NCBI GenBank assembly: GCA_051748045.1
Contig: JBNJGY010000001.1
Coordinates: forward strand, 96,001-160,000
DNA length: 64,000 nt
Reading direction: 5' to 3'
Source: Thermotogota bacterium
GTDB taxonomy: Bacteria; Thermotogota; Thermotogae; Petrotogales; Petrotogaceae
Shown here: piece by piece, positions 41,653 to 49,337 of the stretch
Numbering within the stretch: position 1 is the first letter of the stretch
Layout: every line of letters starts with the position of its first letter
The notes under the pieces: model-generated
Told to the model about the DNA's origin: nothing
Databases searched by the model: none
What the model saw: the letters and a program-made list of their open reading frames with translations, nothing else
Translations under genes and position numbers: made by a program

Positions 41653-43711
41653 AATACTTAAAAGTTATCACTGCTCCTTTAGGTATTTTTTGCATAAATG
41701 AACTAACTTTCTCTCCATTTAATTTTAGATCAAATGATTTTATATTTTTAGTATCAATTTCCAAATGAGAGAATAAATCGATTATGTTAGGTTCGTATTC
41801 TTCTTTAATTATTTTATAATTAGATCCATTTTTTACTTGAGAACTCAACTCAGTATGTTTAGTTCCATTTTTAATTATTATTTTTTCTTTTTCTAGTTTT
41901 ATTTTTTCTCCGTTGTAGTTAACCTCAAAAGTAGCTATATCTGTGTCAATAAATTCTCTTATTAGAGGTAATTCCAATTTTTTTGTTTGAAAATTATCGT
42001 TATTTCTAATATCTTCATTTTCATTAACTATTTGATCATTCCTAATGATAGAAACTTCTCCTGGAATTTCATAAGGAACACTATCTATTGTAAAATAAAC
42101 TGAATCAGAAAAATTTGAAACAACATCTTTAACTTTTGGACTTTTTGTTTTTATTTTTTGCCCATCTTTTAAAATTGTTTCAGGAGAAACTTCTTCTTCA
42201 TTTATTAATATTTTTGGATATATTTCTTTTGGTTCTCCATCTAAATAATATTTAATAGGTTCAATAATATCCTTTATTCTTATCTTTATTTCCTCACCTT
42301 GCTCTGGAGGATAAACTTCTATTTTATCTCCTGGTTTTACTTTAGATTTAAGATTTGATTTTTCCTCATTTATTTTAATCAAAGCTTCTTTTCCTAGATT
42401 ACCTTTTTTTATTTTAAACTCATCGTTTAACTCATATGTAATTGCCTTTGAAGGTTTCCCTATTAATTGATTTGGAGAATACCCAACTTGTAGTAAAACT
42501 TGCATTACTGAAAGATCTGTACCAATCATCATCATATTAACAACTGTTCCATTTACTGTGACTGAGTTAAAAACATTACCTTCTTTTTTTAATGCAGAAT
42601 TAGCAATACCTATCGGAGTTATATATTCGCTGCCAATCATCACATTTTCTTCAAATTTAATTTTCTGTAAATTATCTGTTGATTTTAAAGCAACTCTATT
42701 TTCAGATAATTCTAAATATTCAGATATTTTTTCTTTAAAAGTAGGAACTTTTCCTCCACCACCTACTAACATAACAGCAACCGGTGATTTCCCATTTAAT
42801 TCCAAAATTTTATTAGATATTTCTGAAGTTATTTTATCAATAGATTCTTTAATTATCTCTAAAATTTTTTCTTTTGATATTTCATGCTCAAAATCTAATA
42901 CATCTTTATATTTAAATGAATCTTTTTCATTTAAATGTTTTTTTATTTTTTCTGCTGTATTAAAATCAATCAATAGTTCCTTGGTGATAGCCTCTGTTAT
43001 TTCATCACCTGCTAAAGGAACCATTCCATATCCAGTTATAGTCCCTTCGTTAGAAATGGCTATGTCTGATGTACCGGCTCCAACATCTACCATAGCAATA
43101 TTTAGAGTTCTTAAATCTTCAGGAACAACTAAATTCATTGCAGCAATTGGTTCTAATGTTATATGAACAGGGGTAAGACTATTCATTTCTAAAACAGATA
43201 ACATGGCTTCAACTACATTTTTTGGTAAGAATGCAGCTATAACTTTTACACTTGCTTTTTTACCTTTTTGACCTTCTAAATGCTTTATCCATTCATCATC
43301 TAGTTCGTAATATAAAACTGAATAACCTACACAATACATTCCTTTTGAATAATCAAGTTTTTCAGTTGCTTCTTTTACAGCTTCTAATTCAATTTTTCTA
43401 ACTTGTGATTTATCTATAAATCCTTGAGAGCTAATATCTATCTCATATTCTCCTGTAGTTGTAATTAAAAATCTACCAGCTAAAGCAACAGCCACTTCGT
43501 GCGTTGTTTCTCCGGTTTTTTCATTTATATTTTCTAATATTTTTTTTACACCTTTTGCAACTTTATTTACATCATGAATCTGACCATCCATCATAGCCCT
43601 ATTTTCATGTTCTTTTTCAAAAGAATATTTAATAATTATATTTTCTTCTTCATCTATTTCTGCGAGTAATCCGACCAAGTTTCTTGTTCCTATATCCAAC
43701 GAAAAAACCAT
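41645..43711 (-). CDS. FtsA/PilM-like actin-fold ATPase with C-terminal beta-grasp-like repeats
   Basis: LDIGTR, LEPIAA, DVGAGTSD, AGD.IT, AEKIK, LVGGG; about 300-aa repetitive C-terminus. Confidence 0.85.
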   Translation of the reverse strand: MVFSLDIGTRNLVGLLAEIDEEENIIIKYSFEKEHENRAMMDGQIHDVNKVAKGVKKILENINEKTGETTHEVAVALAGRFLITTTGEYEIDISSQGFIDKSQVRKIELEAVKEATEKLDYSKGMYCVGYSVLYYELDDEWIKHLEGQKGKKASVKVIAAFLPKNVVEAMLSVLEMNSLTPVHITLEPIAAMNLVVPEDLRTLNIAMVDVGAGTSDIAISNEGTITGYGMVPLAGDEITEAITKELLIDFNTAEKIKKHLNEKDSFKYKDVLDFEHEISKEKILEIIKESIDKITSEISNKILELNGKSPVAVMLVGGGGKVPTFKEKISEYLELSENRVALKSTDNLQKIKFEENVMIGSEYITPIGIANSALKKEGNVFNSVTVNGTVVNMMMIGTDLSVMQVLLQVGYSPNQLIGKPSKAITYELNDEFKIKKGNLGKEALIKINEEKSNLKSKVKPGDKIEVYPPEQGEEIKIRIKDIIEPIKYYLDGEPKEIYPKILINEEEVSPETILKDGQKIKTKSPKVKDVVSNFSDSVYFTIDSVPYEIPGEVSIIRNDQIVNENEDIRNNDNFQTKKLELPLIREFIDTDIATFEVNYNGEKIKLEKEKIIIKNGTKHTELSSQVKNGSNYKIIKEEYEPNIIDLFSHLEIDTKNIKSFDLKLNGEKVSSFMQKIPKGAVITFKYYD

Positions 43712-43713
43712 TA

Positions 43714-46029
43714 TTACACCTCCACTACGGTTACTCCACTTCCGCCTTCACCAGTTTTACCTAATCTAAAATTTTTAATATCTTTATTGTTTCTTAAATA
43801 TTGCCAAATGCCTTCAGCAAGTTTACCGGATCCTTTTCCATGTATTATATAACCTTCATTCATTTCATTCAACATTAAATTTGAAAGTAAAATTTCTATT
43901 TCTGGTATAGCTTCTAACACTGTATATCCTCTTAAATCTATTTCAGGAACAACTTTTTTAGTTGGTGTATAGCTGATCTTACCTTGAGATACACTTTTTT
44001 CTTTCTTGTCTTTTTTCAATGGTTTTAATTCAGATAAATCGTAGGTTATTTCTATGGGTGTATCTTCAAGATTAACTTTTGCTTTCTTTCCTCTTATTTC
44101 TGTGATTTCACCTTTTTTATTTCCTTGAACAAATACTTTCATCCCTTTTTTAAATACATAATTAATTTTCTTATCTTCTTTTTTGTCTATTTTTTTGTTT
44201 CTAAATTGATGCTCTAATTCTTCTAGTTTTTTTATACTTTTCTTCGCTTCTTCTTCACTTTTGTTATTTTTGATAGTGTTTATAATTTTTTCAATTTCTT
44301 TTTTTGTATTTTTAATTTGTTGATTAAGATTTTTTATTTCGTTATCTAATTCTTCTATTTTTTGATCTTTTAATTTATCATATTTTTCGTTAAAATCTTT
44401 TTCTTTTTGTTCTAATTGTTTTCTTTTACTTTCATGAAATTCTTTATTGGACTGCATTTCTTCATATGTCCTAGAAATTTTACTAAAAATATTTTCGCTG
44501 TTTGAATGTTCAGAAGAAATGTATTCGTTAGCTTTATCTGTAATCTCTTTTAAAAAGCCCATTCTACTTGCTATCTCTATAGCATGTGATGCTCCAGGAA
44601 CTCCAGGCATTAGCCTATAAGTAGGCTTAAGAGTTTTCATATCAAAAGACATTGATGCTGATGTCAATTTGTTATTCTCAATTGAATATAGTTTGATTTC
44701 AGATAGATGTGAGGTCACAAATAATTTCACATTTTTGCCTATCAAGTAATCTATAATTGATTTACCAAGAGCAGACCCTTCTATTGGATCAGTTCCTGTA
44801 CCTAGCTCATCTATTAGTACTAAACTATTTTCATCAGCATTTTTTATTATTGTATTTATATTAACTAAATGAGCAGAAAAAGTACTTAAGTTTTGAGTTA
44901 TACTCTGTTCATCCCCCATATCAGTAAAGATATTTTTTACAAAAGGGATTTTTACTTGCATGCTTAAAACAGGTAACCCCACATGTGTAAGATAGAAAGC
45001 TACACCTATTGATTTTAAAGTGACTGTTTTACCCCCTGTATTGGGTCCAGTAATAATCATTCCATTGTTATCCAAATCAATTTCGAGAGGAACACATTCT
45101 TTTTCATCTAGTAAAGGATGCTTTAATTCTTTGAAATGAATTTTTTGATAACCCTTTTTTGGTATAAAATAATTGGCTTTTTTTTCAAAAGAATAATTGG
45201 CTTTAGCAATCTGATAGTCAATATAAGATAATACATCTATATTTTTATGAATTATCGAGACATTATTATTTATCAAAAGTTTTAATTCTGATAAAATTCT
45301 TGATATCTCATTTTTTTCTTTGTTTTGTAAATCAATCAATTCTTCATTAGATGAACTAATTCTTTCAGGTTCTATGAAATAAGTTGCTCCAGAATCTGAT
45401 CTGGCAACAAATAAGCCCTTAATATGCCTTCTATGCTCAGCTTTCACAGCTAGACAAAGTCTTCCATTTTTAAAGACAGGTTTTTCGATACTTAAAAATC
45501 TTGAATATTTATTTGTATAAGAAGAATATAAAGAATCAATCTTTTGTTTCGTTTTTCTTATTTTTGATCTTAGCTCTTTTAATAATTGAGAAGCAGTATC
45601 TTTAATTTCACCGTCTATATCTATTACATCATATATTCTGTTTGTCATATCTCTTAAAAAAGAAAATTTAATAAAAATATCAATGATATTTTTATCAAAA
45701 TTTTCTTTATTCTCTTTAAATTCTCTATATACTACTTGATGAAATTCTGCCACTCTTCTAAATTCTTTAATGTCATTTATCGAATTTGTTTTTATTCTCT
45801 CTAAAGTATCTTGGATATCTGGTATTCCTTTTATATCAAACAATAACTGTTTATTTTTTAACATAAAAAAACTTCGGGAAATATCTATTTCCCGCTGTAA
45901 TTTTTCTTGATCTGTATAAATTTTTATTTTTTGTTTTAGATATCTTTTACCATAAATACTGTGAGAATACTTGCCTATTATTTCCAGTATTTTATCTATT
46001 TCTAAATCTTTATATGTTTTTTCTAAAAT
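43714..46029 (-). CDS. mutS2: MutS2 family protein with C-terminal Smr domain (start extended beyond the ORF-track ATG at 45864)
   Basis: SGATYFIEP, HPLL, ITGPNTGGKT, GDEQSI.QNLSTFS.H, DELGTGTDP.EG, IDLRG, IIHGKGSG, EGGSGVT; upstream in-frame LEKTYKDLEIDKILE. Confidence 0.95.
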   Translation of the reverse strand: MLEKTYKDLEIDKILEIIGKYSHSIYGKRYLKQKIKIYTDQEKLQREIDISRSFFMLKNKQLLFDIKGIPDIQDTLERIKTNSINDIKEFRRVAEFHQVVYREFKENKENFDKNIIDIFIKFSFLRDMTNRIYDVIDIDGEIKDTASQLLKELRSKIRKTKQKIDSLYSSYTNKYSRFLSIEKPVFKNGRLCLAVKAEHRRHIKGLFVARSDSGATYFIEPERISSSNEELIDLQNKEKNEISRILSELKLLINNNVSIIHKNIDVLSYIDYQIAKANYSFEKKANYFIPKKGYQKIHFKELKHPLLDEKECVPLEIDLDNNGMIITGPNTGGKTVTLKSIGVAFYLTHVGLPVLSMQVKIPFVKNIFTDMGDEQSITQNLSTFSAHLVNINTIIKNADENSLVLIDELGTGTDPIEGSALGKSIIDYLIGKNVKLFVTSHLSEIKLYSIENNKLTSASMSFDMKTLKPTYRLMPGVPGASHAIEIASRMGFLKEITDKANEYISSEHSNSENIFSKISRTYEEMQSNKEFHESKRKQLEQKEKDFNEKYDKLKDQKIEELDNEIKNLNQQIKNTKKEIEKIINTIKNNKSEEEAKKSIKKLEELEHQFRNKKIDKKEDKKINYVFKKGMKVFVQGNKKGEITEIRGKKAKVNLEDTPIEITYDLSELKPLKKDKKEKSVSQGKISYTPTKKVVPEIDLRGYTVLEAIPEIEILLSNLMLNEMNEGYIIHGKGSGKLAEGIWQYLRNNKDIKNFRLGKTGEGGSGVTVVEV

Positions 46030-46589
46030 TGTAATGCCACCCCCATGGAAAATGGAAAATGATTTACTTTGAGATACGTATCGTCTTCATCATGATTTAC
46101 AAGTTTATAATATCTAGTTTCGTAACCAGCTAAAAGGTATATATTACTATAAGATAAACCTGCTTGAACTAATATCTCAGTAGAAAAAGTTTTTAAATAA
46201 TCAGGAGAATTTACTCCTCCATAAGCATTAACAGAAAAATTTAGATCTTTAAATAAAGGACTGTTGTATTTAACATTTAACCCCAAGGACAACCCTGTAG
46301 ATTTTATATCATCATTATATGCATTTAATGGTGAATTTTTTAATTTTTCTATATAAAATATTCCTATATATGGCCCATATTTTATTTCACCAGTATCTTC
46401 AGTATCTATTAAATAAGATACTCTTCCGCCAAGATAATCATATTCATAATTACCTTGTGTCAACTCATTTATTGCTTGTGAGGTCGCTTGATGAGTTAAT
46501 GAATAAGATGGTGAAATAAATAATTCAGCTGAGAAACTCATAATTGTAAAAATCAACATAGTTATTAAAATATAAATCTTTTTGTTCAT
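46023..46589 (-). CDS. Exported protein, probable small outer-membrane beta-barrel
   Basis: Signal peptide (SFSA); alternating hydrophobic/polar strands rich in Y/G; C-terminal FSMGVALQF ending in Phe. Confidence 0.65.
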   Translation of the reverse strand: MNKKIYILITMLIFTIMSFSAELFISPSYSLTHQATSQAINELTQGNYEYDYLGGRVSYLIDTEDTGEIKYGPYIGIFYIEKLKNSPLNAYNDDIKSTGLSLGLNVKYNSPLFKDLNFSVNAYGGVNSPDYLKTFSTEILVQAGLSYSNIYLLAGYETRYYKLVNHDEDDTYLKVNHFPFSMGVALQF

Positions 46590-48431
46590 TTATACCACCC
46601 TTTTATTATTATTAATTATTTTAGTAATACTTTGTTTCAAAGATTTAGTATCTAAACCACAAATTTCTAACTGTTTTTGTCTACTTCCATGTGGTATGAA
46701 TTTATCTTCAATTCCTAATGAATAAACATTTTTATCTTTAAACATTTTATAAATTGATTCATTAAAGCCTCCACTAAGACTCCCTTCTTCAACAGTTATT
46801 ATTGTAGAAGATTTTGTTTTTAATTCATTTATGATTTCTTGATCCATTTCCTTAATTGTTCTTACTCCTATTACATTTATATCTATATCTTCAGTAGCTT
46901 TTAAAACATTCTTAGACATAGAACCAACAGTTAGAACATATGCTTCATTTAAAGAATTTTTTAGTTTTTTCCATTTTATATCTACAAATTCTAAATCTGA
47001 TATAATTTCATCTATATTTTTTTCATAATTCTCTTTAGGAAACCTAATAAATGTTGGTTTAGATAACCCTTTTTTTACACTAGTATAAAGAATATTAGCT
47101 AAATCCTGTCCATCTAAAGGAGTTATGAGTTCAATATTTGGAATTAATTTCAAATAAGATATATCAAAAACACCATGATGTGTCGGACCATCTTCTCCCA
47201 CTAACCCAGCTCTATCCAAAAGAAAAAGAGATGGTATTTTTTGTAAGGCTACATCATGTATTATTGAGTCAAAAGCTCTTTGCATAAAAGTAGAATATAA
47301 ATCTACAACTGGTAAAATGCCTCCAAGAGATAAACTAGCAGCAGCTGTAACAATGCTTGCTTCTGTTATACCCATATCAATTAATTTTTCTGGGGCTTTA
47401 TCTTTTAATATATTTAAACCTGTTCCAGCAGCCATTGCTCCAGTGAAAGCTAAAAAATTTTCATTTGATATATGGGATAAAACATTTCCTACTATCTTTG
47501 AATTAGAAACACCTAAATTTTCCATAGGTTTTGAAACACCATGAAATTTAGAAGGTTCATTTTCAGCGTTTATATACCCTTTCCCTTTTGTAGTCAATAC
47601 ATGAAGAACCACTGGCCCTTCATCATACTGTTTTAAATAATTAAGAAAAAGTTCTACTTCTTTAATATTATGACCATCAATAGGCCCTATATATTTAATT
47701 CCTAAATCCTCAAAAAATCCAACAGGTTCAGAATAAACTGTATGCTTTAATCCTTCTTTCATCTGCTTTATCATATTTTCTAGATCATGACCCAATTCAG
47801 AATCTCCAAGTATATCTTTCACAAACTTTTTCAAGGAATTATAGTTTTTCTTCATTCTAATTTTGGAAAACAAAGTAGAAAGAGTTCCAACATTAGGAGA
47901 AATAGCCATATCGTTGGAATTAAGTATGATTTTAACATTTGTCTTTTGATACTTTAGCTGATTTAATGATTCTAAAGCCATTCCACAAGTGAATGAGCCA
48001 TCTCCTATAATAGAAAGAACATTTCTATCTTTTTTAGTAATTTTATCAGCAAGAGCGTAACCCAACGCAGCAGATATAGAAGTACCTGCGTGCCCTGCAC
48101 CAAACTTATCAGCTTCAGATTCAAAAATATTTGTAAACCCAGATATTCCATCGTAAGACCGTAATGTTTTGAAATCATTCCATCTGTTTGTTAATAATTT
48201 ATGCACATATGCTTGATGAGATGTATCCCAAATAACAACGTCTTCATAAGGATCAAAAACCCTATATAATGCTAGGGTTAATTCTACAACTCCAAAGTTA
48301 GAAGCTAAATGACCATTATTTGAATACACAACATCATAAATATATTTCCTAATCTCATCTGCAAATTCATAGAGTTGTGCGTAATTCATTTTTCTTATTT
48401 CTTTATAATATGGCTGTTCCATCAATATCAT
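46590..48431 (-). CDS. dxs: 1-deoxy-D-xylulose-5-phosphate synthase
   Basis: GHLASNFGVVELT, GAGHAGTSIS, IGDG, N.NDM, GPIDGH, YSTFMQRA, DRAG.VGEDGPTHHG; start may be 48422 or 48425. Confidence 0.96.
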   Translation of the reverse strand: MILMEQPYYKEIRKMNYAQLYEFADEIRKYIYDVVYSNNGHLASNFGVVELTLALYRVFDPYEDVVIWDTSHQAYVHKLLTNRWNDFKTLRSYDGISGFTNIFESEADKFGAGHAGTSISAALGYALADKITKKDRNVLSIIGDGSFTCGMALESLNQLKYQKTNVKIILNSNDMAISPNVGTLSTLFSKIRMKKNYNSLKKFVKDILGDSELGHDLENMIKQMKEGLKHTVYSEPVGFFEDLGIKYIGPIDGHNIKEVELFLNYLKQYDEGPVVLHVLTTKGKGYINAENEPSKFHGVSKPMENLGVSNSKIVGNVLSHISNENFLAFTGAMAAGTGLNILKDKAPEKLIDMGITEASIVTAAASLSLGGILPVVDLYSTFMQRAFDSIIHDVALQKIPSLFLLDRAGLVGEDGPTHHGVFDISYLKLIPNIELITPLDGQDLANILYTSVKKGLSKPTFIRFPKENYEKNIDEIISDLEFVDIKWKKLKNSLNEAYVLTVGSMSKNVLKATEDIDINVIGVRTIKEMDQEIINELKTKSSTIITVEEGSLSGGFNESIYKMFKDKNVYSLGIEDKFIPHGSRQKQLEICGLDTKSLKQSITKIINNNKRVV

Positions 48432-48442
48432 CCTTTAGTTTT

Positions 48443-48853
48443 TTAATCAATTCCTTTTGCAAAATTATCTAAAATTCCATTCACAAACTTTATGGATTTT
48501 TCATCTCCATATTTTTTTGTTAATTTTATACTTTCATCTATAACAACTTTAAAAGGTACATTTTTTCTATATAACAATTCATAAAAACCCATTCTTAACG
48601 AAGTTTTTTCAACAAAACCCAATCTCTCAAATTTCCAATTTTTTAAATTTGCTTTTATTTGCTCATCAATATTATCAATTTTAGAAAAAAGATCGTTGAT
48701 ATATTTTTTAGAATGTTTTATATTTTTTTCATCAATATTTTCTTCTTTTGTTTTATCTTCAATTAAAAATTCAATGTGTTCTTTATTTAAATCTCTATAG
48801 TTTTTTTGAAATATGATTTGAAAAGCTAATTCTCTAACAGGGGATATTTCCAT
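48443..48853 (-). CDS. nusB: Transcription antitermination factor NusB
   Basis: RELAFQ, ID..I...L.NW..ERL, LR...YEL, VP.KV.IDE, FVNGILD. Confidence 0.93.
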   Translation of the reverse strand: MEISPVRELAFQIIFQKNYRDLNKEHIEFLIEDKTKEENIDEKNIKHSKKYINDLFSKIDNIDEQIKANLKNWKFERLGFVEKTSLRMGFYELLYRKNVPFKVVIDESIKLTKKYGDEKSIKFVNGILDNFAKGID

Positions 48854-49287
48854 TATTCATTCCCTTTCTGTTCTTCATCTTCTTCAGTTTCTTCTGTATT
48901 TTCTTCTATGTATTCATCATAATCTTCTTCTACATTTTCTTCAATTTCTTCTCCCATGTTGATATATTCGAGAGATTCTATTGTAATATCTACATTTGTA
49001 ATAAAAATTTCAGACATTTTTTCTAATTCTTCTTTGATAGATTTTTGTACTTTTTTTGAAAAGTCAACAATATTTTCACCATATTTTGCTGGTATTTTTA
49101 AAGTCAAACTCAAGCTATCATCTTCATTATGAACTATCCTAATATTTTTTGAAAGTTCTCTTTCTATTTTTTGGTTGAATATTTGTTCCTCTTTCATGAA
49201 TTTCTCAACAGTTTTATAAGTGATATCTCTTAACACTGTTTCAGATATGGTAATTTCTCCAAAATTGTTTTCTTCTTTTATAGGCAT
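48853..49287 (-). CDS. Asp23/Gls24 family envelope stress protein
   Basis: G.ITIS..V, YG.NI....KVQ..I...LE.M......V.I.I; upstream of nusB; acidic tail. Confidence 0.85.
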   Translation of the reverse strand: MPIKEENNFGEITISETVLRDITYKTVEKFMKEEQIFNQKIERELSKNIRIVHNEDDSLSLTLKIPAKYGENIVDFSKKVQKSIKEELEKMSEIFITNVDITIESLEYINMGEEIEENVEEDYDEYIEENTEETEEDEEQKGNE

Positions 49288-49337
49288 TTTAATACCTCCC
49301 TTGATTGTATTCTTTCCACCTAAAATTATATCATACT

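Noticed and set aside
42558-43166. 202-aa plus-strand ORF and similar antisense ORFs (e.g. 58961-59464, 24956-25351, 2967-3278, 57624-57953)
   Set aside because: They lie opposite well-supported genes, have the S/F/I/L-rich composition of shadow frames, and show no motifs.
41645-43711. Assigning the gene symbol ftsA or pilM
   Set aside because: Much longer than either, lacks the FtsA membrane-targeting tail, and has no dcw or pil context.
48853-48960. Glu/Asp-rich repeat-like tail of the Asp23 protein
   Set aside because: Low-complexity coding sequence without a regular repeat unit.
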